DNA of 61,808 nucleotides from Acidimicrobiaceae bacterium (GTDB lineage Bacteria > Actinomycetota > Acidimicrobiia > Acidimicrobiales > Bog-793), in assembly GCA_027306925.1 (NCBI GenBank), contig DAHUXW010000065.1, positions 1 through 61,808 on the forward strand. The letters are read 5' to 3'. The notes under the pieces are model-generated. The model was given only the letters and a program-made list of their open reading frames with translations. It was not told the DNA's origin and ran no database searches. Positions 44,917 through 53,300 of the stretch are shown in pieces (position 1 is the first letter of the stretch; each line of letters begins with the position of its first letter). Both the position numbers and the translations under genes were made by a program.

Positions 44917-45717
44917 ATGAGCCGCGACCAGGCACGCCGACGCGCGCTGCGCCGCACCGCCCCGGTCGCCGCGCTTCTGGCGATGCTCGCCGCGTCCGGC
45001 CTCGGCCTCCCCGCGTCGGCAGCGCGCCCCGTGCCGGCCGTCGCCAAGGCGCCCGCGCCGATCCAGCAGCCGAGCGCGAGCCGCCCGCTCGTGCTGTTGA
45101 AGATCGGCGACTCGCTCGGCGAGGAGCTCGGGTTCGGACTTCGCGACGTCGTCGGCTCCTACCCCTACGTGCATGTGCTGCAGGAGGCCGTCGGCGACTC
45201 GGGGCTCGCGCGGCCGGACTTCTACAACTGGCCCGTCCACCTCGCGGCCGAGCTCCGCCAGTTCCACCCGGCCGCGGTCGTCGTGCTCCTCGGCGGCGAC
45301 GACGGCCAGGACTTCGTCGACCGCGGCAGGATCGTGCACTTCGGCACCGCGCTGTGGCGCTCGGTCTACTCGTCGCGCGTCGCTCAGATGATGGACGAGG
45401 CGACGGCCGCCGGCGCGCGTGTCCTGTGGGTCGGGCTCCCGATCATGTCCTCGCCGGTGCTGTCTGCGGAGATGGTGCAGATGAACACGATCTACGCGCA
45501 CGAGGCTGCGCTCCACGCGGGTGTCACGTTCCTCGCGACCTGGCGACTGTTCGCGACCGCCCAGGGCGCCTACAGCGCGTACCTGCCCGACGCGTCCGGC
45601 CAGACGGTCCTCATGCGCAACCCCGACGGCGTCCACTTCTCCGGCGCCGGGGACGACCGCCTCGCGACCGCGGTCGTCCGCGCGATGGACCGGTCGTGGC
45701 ACATTCGCATCCCGTGA
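44917..45717 (+). CDS. Secreted SGNH/GDSL-like hydrolase (DUF459-type)
   Basis: Signal peptide VAALLAMLAASGLGLPASA, block I KIGDSLGE, LLGGDDGQD and DGVHFS. Confidence 0.65.
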   Translation: MSRDQARRRALRRTAPVAALLAMLAASGLGLPASAARPVPAVAKAPAPIQQPSASRPLVLLKIGDSLGEELGFGLRDVVGSYPYVHVLQEAVGDSGLARPDFYNWPVHLAAELRQFHPAAVVVLLGGDDGQDFVDRGRIVHFGTALWRSVYSSRVAQMMDEATAAGARVLWVGLPIMSSPVLSAEMVQMNTIYAHEAALHAGVTFLATWRLFATAQGAYSAYLPDASGQTVLMRNPDGVHFSGAGDDRLATAVVRAMDRSWHIRIP

Positions 45718-45730
45718 CCGCCGCCGGGAC

Positions 45731-46228
45731 TCAGCCAGGTCGCTCCCAGTGCACGATGTCGTCGATCTCGCCGGTCTCGACGTCGTAGACGAACCCCGCG
45801 ACCACGCGAAGCGGCCCGAGGAAGGGCGTCTCGGTGAGCACCGCGATGTCCTCGCGCAGCGCGGCCGCGTGGTGCTCGATCGGGTAGAAGCCGAGATCGG
45901 CACCCGTGAGCGCGCGCAGCTCCTCGTCGCTCACGCCCGCGAGCCCGCACTTCGTGTGCTGCATGACGGCGACCGTGTCGACGCCCAGCACGTGACTCGA
46001 GATCGCGAGGCTCCTGAGCACGTCGTCGGTGACGCGGCCCCCCGCGTTCCGGATGACGTGGGCCTCGCCGAGGTGGAGCCCGAGCGCGGCGAACACGTCG
46101 ATGCGCGCGTCCATGCACGTGACGACCGCGAGGTGGCGCCCGGGGCGGGCGTCGGCGACGTTGGCGCGAGCCGCGGCGTACCCGGAGTTCGCGGCGAGCA
46201 GGCGGGCGATCTCGGTCATGACGCCCAT
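45731..46228 (-). CDS. Beta-class carbonic anhydrase
   Basis: Zinc ligand motifs VTCMDARID and HTKCG, and VIRNAGGRV. Alternative start at 46219. Confidence 0.8.
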   Translation of the reverse strand: MGVMTEIARLLAANSGYAAARANVADARPGRHLAVVTCMDARIDVFAALGLHLGEAHVIRNAGGRVTDDVLRSLAISSHVLGVDTVAVMQHTKCGLAGVSDEELRALTGADLGFYPIEHHAAALREDIAVLTETPFLGPLRVVAGFVYDVETGEIDDIVHWERPG

Positions 46229-46262
46229 TCTCCACGAGCGCGGGAGCGGTCCGCGCCGTTGC

Positions 46263-46853
46263 TCAGCCCGGTCGTCTCGCCCGCACGAGGGCGTCGATCG
46301 CGTCGCCGCTCCCCTCGACCGGCCGGCGCACGCTCTCGGCCCGCACGATCTCGAGGCCTGCGAAGTCGCGCACGACGTCCTCGGGCGTGAACAGCACGGC
46401 GGGATCCTGCGGGCCGCCCACGCCCTCGGTCAGGTTCGCGAGATCGTGGCCCACGACGAGGATCGTCCCGCCGGGGGCGAGCGCCCGGGCGGCGCCCGCG
46501 TGCAACGCCGCGCGCTCGGCGGCGACGAGGTGCACGTAGCAGAGCAGGACCAGGTCGAAGGCCGCCTCGGGTGGCTCGAAGCTCGTGAGGTCTGCTGCGA
46601 TCCACTCGACCTCGACGTCACGAGACGCCGCGAGGCGCGCCGCCTTCTCGAGCGCGACGTTCGAGAAGTCGACGCCTGTCGCACTCCAGCCCTGCTGCGC
46701 GAGCCACACCGCGTTGCGCCCCTCGCCGCACGCGAGGTCGAGCGCGCGACCGGGTGCGAGGTCGTGCACCTCCTCGACCACGAACCTGTTCGGCTCGGCC
46801 CGCCACACGAGCTCGTCGACCGCGTAGCGCGCGTCCCAGTCGCTCTTGTCCAT
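46263..46853 (-). CDS. Class I SAM-dependent methyltransferase
   Basis: MDKSDWDARYA..., motif I ALDLACGEGRNAVWLA, GVDFS and LAPGGTILVVGH. Trimmed from the listed 223-aa ORF. Confidence 0.75.
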   Translation of the reverse strand: MDKSDWDARYAVDELVWRAEPNRFVVEEVHDLAPGRALDLACGEGRNAVWLAQQGWSATGVDFSNVALEKAARLAASRDVEVEWIAADLTSFEPPEAAFDLVLLCYVHLVAAERAALHAGAARALAPGGTILVVGHDLANLTEGVGGPQDPAVLFTPEDVVRDFAGLEIVRAESVRRPVEGSGDAIDALVRARRPG

Positions 46854-46964
46854 CTCCACTCCTCTCTCGTGCCGGCGCGCCCGGGCGCAGCCGTGCGTGA
46901 CGTCCGTACAGCCGAGCCGCGCCCGCGAGGTCACCGCACGGCGACGCGCCGCGGGCCGGTGTCG

Positions 46965-47345
46965 TCAGGCGGCCGGCAGCGAGCCGGCGACTGCGACGAG
47001 CAGTCGCGCGGCCTCCTCGGCGAGATCGGAGAGCTCGCCGGCGCCCATGAGCGCACGCGGGTCCGCCATCGCGACGCGCGTCCCGCCGGCCGCCGGCTCG
47101 AGCACGACGTTGCACGGCAGCAGCAGGCTCGCGGACGGGTCGATCTCGAGCGCGCGGTGCGCGATCTGCGGGTTGCACGCTCCGAGGATCTTGAGCGGCG
47201 ACCGGTCGACGCCGAGCCTCGCCTTTAGCGTCGCGGCGACGTCGATCTCGGTGAGCACGCCGAAGCCCTGCGCGCCGAGCGCCGAGCGCACGGCCTCCTC
47301 CGCCTCGCCCATGTCGAGGGGGACCACGGTCTCTATCGCGTCCAT
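46965..47345 (-). CDS. DUF302 domain protein
   Basis: EEAVRSALGAQGFGVLTEIDVAATLKARLG...KILGACNPQIAHRAL...LLPCNVVL is the DUF302 pattern. Confidence 0.75.
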   Translation of the reverse strand: MDAIETVVPLDMGEAEEAVRSALGAQGFGVLTEIDVAATLKARLGVDRSPLKILGACNPQIAHRALEIDPSASLLLPCNVVLEPAAGGTRVAMADPRALMGAGELSDLAEEAARLLVAVAGSLPAA

Positions 47346-47373
47346 CAGCGTCCTTCGTCCTCGTCCCTCGTCG

Positions 47374-47643
47374 TCAGGCGAGCTTCATGAACATCTTCTG
47401 CACGGCCTCGATCGGGTAGCCGTCGGCCGCGGCCTGCTCCGGGTGCTCGACGCAGTACGTGAGCCCCGCGGCCACGAGCCGGAAGCCGGCCTGCTCGAGC
47501 GCCTTCGTCGCAGCCGAGATCTGGGTGACCACGTCGCGGCACTCGCGGCCCGCGAGCAGCATCCGCTCGACGGCTTCGACCTGACCACGCACGCGGTGCA
47601 GCCGGGTGCGCACGTCGTCGACGACCTCGTCGGGAAGGTCCAT
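47374..47643 (-). CDS. CsoR/RcnR-family (DUF156) metal/persulfide-sensing repressor, C-x-C (CstR-like) fingerprint
   Basis: 89 aa. LHRVRGQVEAVERMLLAGRECRDVVTQISAATKALEQAG...LTYC. The two Cys are 29 residues apart, as in CsoR, but the position of the Cu-ligand His (four residues before the second Cys) is Gly. Confidence 0.8.
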   Translation of the reverse strand: MDLPDEVVDDVRTRLHRVRGQVEAVERMLLAGRECRDVVTQISAATKALEQAGFRLVAAGLTYCVEHPEQAAADGYPIEAVQKMFMKLA

Positions 47644-47733
47644 CAGCACTCCTTTCGGCGCGTCTCTCGGCACGCCATTCGGCACGCCCCGCGGGGCACC
47701 CCGCCGGACAGGCTGGGCTCGGCACCGGTCGCG

Positions 47734-47749
47734 ATACCCGATAGGGTAC
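47734..47749. promoter_or_regulatory. CsoR-family operator-like palindrome ATACCC-GATA-GGGTAC
   Basis: Read directly, about 90 nt upstream of the regulator start, in the thioredoxin-regulator gap. Confidence 0.55.
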
Positions 47750-47772
47750 CCGTCGCGAGCCGCGACCGCCGG

Positions 47773-48168
47773 TCAGCGGTTCGAGGTCGCGTGGTCGTGC
47801 TCGGGCTGCTCGGCGGCCTCGGCGACCTTGCGGTGCACCTCGTCCATGTCGAGCGCCTTGATCTGGCCGATGAGGTCCTCGAGCGCGGCGGCGGGCAGCG
47901 CGCCCGGCTGCGCGTAGAGGAGGATCTCGTCGCGGAACGCGAGGAGGGTCGGAATCGACATGATCCGGAACGACGCGGCGAGCGCCTGCTCCGCCTCGGT
48001 GTCGACCTTCGCGAACACGACGTCGGGGTGCGACGCGGATGCCGCCTCGAACACCGGGGCGAACATCCGGCACGGCCCGCACCAGGCGGCCCAGAAGTCC
48101 ACGAGGACGATGTCGTTCGACGAGATCGTGTCGGCGAAGGTCTCGCCGCTGAGCGCCACTGTTCCCAT
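47773..48168 (-). CDS. trxA: Thioredoxin
   Basis: VDFWAAWCGPCRMFAP active site. GAGGAGG Shine-Dalgarno before ATG 48168. 131 aa with an acidic/His C-terminal tail. Confidence 0.85.
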   Translation of the reverse strand: MGTVALSGETFADTISSNDIVLVDFWAAWCGPCRMFAPVFEAASASHPDVVFAKVDTEAEQALAASFRIMSIPTLLAFRDEILLYAQPGALPAAALEDLIGQIKALDMDEVHRKVAEAAEQPEHDHATSNR

Positions 48169-48225
48169 GATGTCCTCCTCGCCGGCCCGACGGAGGTGTC
48201 CGGCCGCTCTCCAACTGGGGTCACT

Positions 48226-48241
48226 ATACCCTACAGGGTAT
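48226..48241. promoter_or_regulatory. CsoR-family operator-like perfect palindrome ATACCCT-AC-AGGGTAT
   Basis: Read directly in the divergent thioredoxin/MMPL gap. It closely resembles the TACCC-N-GGGTA cores of remembered CsoR/CstR operators, and it overlaps the first listed ATG of the MMPL ORF. Confidence 0.6.
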
Positions 48242-48257
48242 GGTACCGTCCTCCGCC

Positions 48258-50393
48258 ATGGATCAGCACACGGCCCCTTCCTCCAACGCGCCCCTGGGTC
48301 CGCTCGGGCGCCTCGGCAGCTTCTCTGCGAGACGACGACGACCGGTCGTGCTCGTCTGGCTCCTCGTCGCGGTCGCGCTCGCGGTGTTCGCGCCGGGGGT
48401 CGAGAAGGCGCTGTCGGGCGCGGGCTGGCAGGCCGACGGATCACAGTCGGTCCAGGAGCGCGCCCTCGCCCAGCGCTACTTCGGCGGTCAGGCGAGCAGC
48501 GCGCTCGAGGTCGTCGTGAGCGCGGACCGCCCCCTGTCGAGCCCGCCGGTCGCCGCCGTCGTCGTCCGGGCCGAGCGCCTCCTTCGCAGCGACCCGCGCA
48601 TCTCGACGGTCGTCCCGCCGACGAGGGGCGTCTCGATCAGCCGCGACGGACGCACCGGCGTCATCCTCGGCGGAGCGGGTGCCGACCCGAACACGATGGT
48701 CCGCGCCGCGGACACGCTCGCACCGGAGCTCCGCGCGCTCAGCGGACGAGGGGTGACGGTCGCCGCGACCGGCGCGTCGGTGCTGTGGTCGGACTTCAAC
48801 GCGGCGAACCGCTCGGCCATGCTCCGGTCGGAGCTGTTCTCGTGGCCGGTGACGCTCGCGATCCTCGTGCTCGCCTTCGGGTCGCTCGTCGCGGCCGGGC
48901 TGTCGCTGCTCCTCACGATGGTCGGGCTGCTCAGCACCGCGGGCATGCTCGACCTGCTCACCCGCGTGGTCCCGATCTCGATCTGGGCGATGAACTTCGC
49001 CCTGATGTTCGCGCTCGCGCTCGGCATCGACTACGCGCTGTTCATCGTCGTCCGGTTCCGAGCTGCCCACTTCGGGCGGGATCGCCCGGTCGCCGACTCC
49101 GTCGCCGAGACCATGGACACCGCGGGCAAGGCGGTGCTCTTCTCCGGGCTCACCGTGCTCGTGTCGCTGTCGACCGTCATGCTCGTCCCCGCGCCCGCGT
49201 TCCGGTCGATGGCCGCGGGCATCATGCTCGCGGTCCTGTTCGTCCTCGCCGCGACGCTCACCCTGCTCCCCGTCGTGCTCGCGAAGCTCGGAGACCGCGT
49301 GGACGCCCTGCCGCTGCGCTGGGTCCACAGCGGAGAGCACCGGTCCGCGCGCTTCGGACGCTGGGGCGAGCTGCTCTGGAGGCGTCCGGTCCTCTTCGGC
49401 GGGATCGCGCTCGTCGCGCTCCTCGCGCTCGCAAGCCCCGTGCTCGGCCTGCGCACCGCGATGCCGTCGATCAAGGTCGTGCCGCCGACCTCGTCCGCCC
49501 GGATCGGCTACGAGCTCGTCCAGCGGGCCTTCGGCCCGGGGGCGCCCGGTCAGCTGCAGGTCGTCGTGCCGACCGCCCAGCTGCACGCGGTCGAGCGCGT
49601 GCTCGCGCACGACCGGGGCATCGCGGCCACGCTCCCCGCGCAGCAGTCGCGCGCATCGGGTCTCTCGCTCGTGAGCGCGGTGCCGAGGGCCGACCCGTCG
49701 AGCCCCGCGATCGGCGCGACGATCGACCGGATCCGCGCGCAGCTCCCGGCCGGCGCCCTCCTCGGCGGCGCGTCCGCCGAGAACCACGACCTGCAGGTCG
49801 TGCTCGCGCGCACGACGCCGCTCGTGATCGGCGTCGTGCTCGGCCTCGGCTTCCTGCTCCTGCTCATCGCGCTGCAGGCTCCGCTCGTCGCGGCGATGGG
49901 CGTGATCACGAGCCTTCTCGCGACGGGTGCCGCGTTTGGCGTCGGCAGGCTCGTGTTCCAGGACGGCTTCGCGCACCAGGCGCTCGGGTTCGCCCCGCAG
50001 GGCTTCCTCGACGCGTGGTCGCCGGTCTTCTTCTTCGCCATGATCTTCGCGATCTCGATGGACTACACCGTGTTCCTGCTCTCGAGCGCGAAGGAGCACT
50101 TCGAACGGTCCGGCGACGTGCGCGACGCGATGGTGAACGGCGTCGCGCACTCGGGCCGCGTGATCTTCGCCGCCGCCGCGGTCATGGTCGCGGTGTTCTT
50201 CACCTTTGCCCTCTCGGGCCCGCTTCCCCCGAAAGAGATGGGCGTAATCCTCGGCGTGGCGGTCCTGCTCGACGCCGGCCTCGTGCGCCTGCTCCTGCTT
50301 CCCGTCCTGCTCCGGCTCGCCGGACCCGCGGCGTGGTGGCAGCCGCGCTGGCTGCGCAGGGTGCTTCCCGAGGTGCGCTTCGCGCACGACTGA
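48258..50393 (+). CDS. MMPL/RND-superfamily membrane transporter
   Basis: Two blocks of TM helices separated by soluble loops. VVLVWLLVAVALAVFAPG, ALALGIDYALFIVVRF and FAISMDYTVFLLSS are MMPL hallmarks. The ORF is open from 48240; ATG 48258 avoids the operator. Confidence 0.85.
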   Translation: MDQHTAPSSNAPLGPLGRLGSFSARRRRPVVLVWLLVAVALAVFAPGVEKALSGAGWQADGSQSVQERALAQRYFGGQASSALEVVVSADRPLSSPPVAAVVVRAERLLRSDPRISTVVPPTRGVSISRDGRTGVILGGAGADPNTMVRAADTLAPELRALSGRGVTVAATGASVLWSDFNAANRSAMLRSELFSWPVTLAILVLAFGSLVAAGLSLLLTMVGLLSTAGMLDLLTRVVPISIWAMNFALMFALALGIDYALFIVVRFRAAHFGRDRPVADSVAETMDTAGKAVLFSGLTVLVSLSTVMLVPAPAFRSMAAGIMLAVLFVLAATLTLLPVVLAKLGDRVDALPLRWVHSGEHRSARFGRWGELLWRRPVLFGGIALVALLALASPVLGLRTAMPSIKVVPPTSSARIGYELVQRAFGPGAPGQLQVVVPTAQLHAVERVLAHDRGIAATLPAQQSRASGLSLVSAVPRADPSSPAIGATIDRIRAQLPAGALLGGASAENHDLQVVLARTTPLVIGVVLGLGFLLLLIALQAPLVAAMGVITSLLATGAAFGVGRLVFQDGFAHQALGFAPQGFLDAWSPVFFFAMIFAISMDYTVFLLSSAKEHFERSGDVRDAMVNGVAHSGRVIFAAAAVMVAVFFTFALSGPLPPKEMGVILGVAVLLDAGLVRLLLLPVLLRLAGPAAWWQPRWLRRVLPEVRFAHD

Positions 50394-50828
50394 GCCGGTT
50401 CGCGGCGAGCACGCGGACCCGTCGCGTGACGATGAGGTTCCAAGTGGGGAAACTGGTCCTGAACGGTTGACATCCGCCCGCGCCAGGAGGACCATGAGAG
50501 CAGCGTCATGGCGGTGAGTCGTGACGCAAGCCAATGGTACGGAAAGGAGAGTCAACGTGAGAACGTCTGGCTCGTCCGAGGAGGCAGATCCGCCGGACTG
50601 CTGAGGCCCGGACCTCTGGTCCGGGCGCCGTCAACGCTGTGATGTCGGTGTCGTGTCGCGCACCAGTCGGCGCCAAGTCGAACCACTCGGCCGTCAGGAG
50701 CATAAGCTCGTCCACGGCCTAGTTTATTCAGGAGCGAGATCCTGGTTGATTGACGTTTAGACGGTAGCGCGATATTGCGCAGGTCGGGCGGCTGCATACC
50801 GCTCGACCGAGACCACAGATCCATGCGA

Positions 50829-50859
50829 CAGAGTGGGCCGGCTCGCTGCCGGCCCACTC
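50829..50859. other. Perfect 12-bp stem-loop AGAGTGGGCCGG-CTCGCTG-CCGGCCCACTCT in the gene-free gap
   Basis: Read directly. It is preceded about 75 nt upstream by an AT-rich promoter-like stretch (TTGATTGACGTTTAGACGGTAGCGCGATATTGC). Function unknown. Confidence 0.5.
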
Positions 50860-51471
50860 TCGCGTCCGGACCCGGCCTCGCACGATCCTCGAAACGGCGC
50901 ACGGCGCACGCGGCGGCCCGGGGCCGCACGGCGGGACGCGAGCGTCGCGTGCGCGGCGGCCGGCCGCTCGCGCACGACGTGCGCAACGTGTCGCGTTGAT
51001 CGCACGCGAGGTGCGCGAGCGGTCGCGATGCGGTCACCGGAGGGTCGTCCTGTGGATGAGGATGTGCCTCTCTTGGGGACGAACGGGGGAACGGGAAACT
51101 CTCCTGTCGACAACCTCGGGATCTCGCGAAATGCCGTTGACCCTGCCGGCCGGGTGGCGCAGAGTGATGCCAACGGGCACGACGGAAGCCGTACGGGCCA
51201 GCGGAACGGACTACTCGCAAGGGTGGGACGCAGGGCTGGTGCGGGGGTGGACCAGGGCCCGTGCAGGTGGCAGGGAGGCAGGCACCGCCGCTCCTCGGAG
51301 CGGGGGGGTCTGCAGGGGGCCGTGAGGTCCCTGCAGGGCGACGTGCCGAGAGGTGCTGCGCTCGAGCGCCCCGCCGCCGAAGGCAGCGGCCCCGGGAAGT
51401 CCGGGCGGCTTCGGCCGTGCGGCTACCCGGGGCTGCTCCGCGTCCCGGGGTCCGTGGCCCTCGCTGGCCGA

Positions 51472-53160
51472 TCAGGGCGCGTCGATGCTCGGGACCGCCG
51501 CCGCGTTTGCCGCGTAGAAGCGCTGCCAGTTCGCCACCGACGGATGCTGGAGCGATGCGGGCCCCCTCGCGAAGGCACCGAGCACATTCAGCGTGATCCG
51601 GGCGAGCGGGCCGGCGATCGGCGCGACGCCGAAGCTCAACGCGTTCGCGAGCGCGGGCGCGCCGTCCCAGAGCATCTGGACCCAGCTCGCGGTTCCGGTC
51701 GCGAAGACACCGCCGCCGGACCCGTGCGTGTAGTAGCTCGCGTCGGAGTGAAGGTTCCCTCCGGCGCTCGACACCGGGGAGTGGCCGAGGATCTCGACGT
51801 TGCGCGGTCCTGGGAGCGACGGCTCGAAACCGTCGAACTCCGAGCCCACGAGCTGGCGCCCCCCTCCCGCGACGGCGAGCCGGTCGCGGTCGCGCAGGCC
51901 GGTGCCCGCGAAGACCCACGAGGAGCCGTCGGCGACCACGAACGGCGCGTTCGCGCCGAACGCCTGGTACATGACGCCGACGAGCTCGCTCTCGGGGTAG
52001 TCGTAGCCGGGGAGGTCGGTCGACCACGACGCGCCGGTCGCGAGCCTCGGGTCGGTGCGTCCGATCGGGTCCGCGGCGGCGTCTTTGTAGCAGACGACGC
52101 GCCGGTCCTCGCCGAGCGGCGACGGCTCGAGCCGGATCTGGCGATAGCAGGCGTTCGCGCCGAGGAAGGCGAGGTTGCAGCCGCGGGCGAGGTGGTCGGC
52201 AGCGCCGTCGAAGCGCATCTGCCAGGACCAGTACTCGTCGTGGCCGAGGCTCACGAGGCAGCGGTGGTTCGCGAGCAGCCCGGGGCGCGCGTGGAGGTCG
52301 AGGTCAGTCCAGTACGTCACGTCGAGACCGTGCCGCTCGGCGAGGTAGACGAAGGGGTACTCGTTGCCGAGGAAGTCCGCCGAGCCGTTCGCGTCCGGGT
52401 TGCGGTACGGGCGGTCGAATGACACGACCCGTGCCCGATCGGCGAGCGCTCCCGACGGCGCCCCGCCGTAGAGGCTGTACCCGCCCCAGAGGTTGTACGC
52501 CTGCCAGGTCGTCACGGAGCTCTGCACGACGATCGCGGCCGTGCTCGCGTCGTCCCTCACCGTGAGCGGCACGTAATGGCGCTGACCGCCGCTGCCGACG
52601 AGCTTGACGAGGTACGCCCCGGGGAGCCAGTCCGCGCCGACGGTGAGCGCGACGGAACGATGCCAGCGGCACTCGATCGTGTTCAGCCCCGGAACCGGCG
52701 CGGGAGCCGGCTGGCGGCGGCCCGCGAACTCCGGCGAGGTCGCGACGAGCCGGGCGCCGTGGCCCTGGTAGTAGCCCATGCGGTACACCTCGGCGCGCAC
52801 GCGCGACGCCACGGTGCTCACGTACAGCCCGACCTCCTCGCCCCGCGCGTAGCTCACGCGGTCGGCGAAGCCCTCGAGGTCCGCCGGCCACGGCGGCAGC
52901 GCGCCCGCCTGCGACGGCCGCGGGTGGACGACCCACGAGAGCGTGCCCGTGCGACGGTTCTCCTCCACGACCCAGTCTGCGACCGGCAGCCCGTCGACCT
53001 CGTGCACGCCGCCCCCCGGCTTCGGGCGGCGCCGCGGCGCGGGGCGGGGCGGTGGCGCGGCCGGTCGGTGGGTCCCCGAGGCCGAGATCCCGACCACGCC
53101 GGCGACCGCGGCCGAGCCCGTCGCCGCACCGAGCACCCTCAAGAAGGTCCGACGCTCCAC
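51472..53160 (-). CDS. Tat-secreted protein with N,N-dimethylformamidase beta-subunit-like domain
   Basis: Twin-arginine signal MERRTFLRVLGAATGSAAVAG. The body (TTWQAYNLWGGYSLY, LVSLGHDEYWS, LAFLGANACYRQIRL) matches the remembered DMFase-beta/DUF6605-type pattern. Confidence 0.65.
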   Translation of the reverse strand: MERRTFLRVLGAATGSAAVAGVVGISASGTHRPAAPPPRPAPRRRPKPGGGVHEVDGLPVADWVVEENRRTGTLSWVVHPRPSQAGALPPWPADLEGFADRVSYARGEEVGLYVSTVASRVRAEVYRMGYYQGHGARLVATSPEFAGRRQPAPAPVPGLNTIECRWHRSVALTVGADWLPGAYLVKLVGSGGQRHYVPLTVRDDASTAAIVVQSSVTTWQAYNLWGGYSLYGGAPSGALADRARVVSFDRPYRNPDANGSADFLGNEYPFVYLAERHGLDVTYWTDLDLHARPGLLANHRCLVSLGHDEYWSWQMRFDGAADHLARGCNLAFLGANACYRQIRLEPSPLGEDRRVVCYKDAAADPIGRTDPRLATGASWSTDLPGYDYPESELVGVMYQAFGANAPFVVADGSSWVFAGTGLRDRDRLAVAGGGRQLVGSEFDGFEPSLPGPRNVEILGHSPVSSAGGNLHSDASYYTHGSGGGVFATGTASWVQMLWDGAPALANALSFGVAPIAGPLARITLNVLGAFARGPASLQHPSVANWQRFYAANAAAVPSIDAP

Positions 53161-53300
53161 CCGGGCATCGTAGGGTCGCGCGCAGCCCAGGTCGCGTCGC
53201 CGCAGACCATACTGGTCGCGCGACCGCTGCCGGCGGCCGCCAGGTGGCGCGACCTCTCCGTCGGCTGCCTTGATCCCCGGGCAGTCGAGGACGTCCCACC

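Noticed and set aside
41749-45903. 1384-aa minus-strand ORF spanning the methyltransferase, helicase and SGNH genes
   Set aside because: It is antisense to three motif-supported plus-strand genes and has Arg-rich junk composition with no motif.
50394-51471. tmRNA, RNase P RNA, SRP RNA or cobalamin riboswitch in the long gap
   Set aside because: GGGGACGAACGG (about 51075) superficially resembles a tmRNA 5' end, and GGGAAGTCCGGGC (about 51394) resembles the RNase P P4 strand. However, there is no tRNA-like 3' end (GGTTCGA...CCACCA), no ALAA-type tag ORF, no second RNase P conserved block and no B12 box. Identity is left open.
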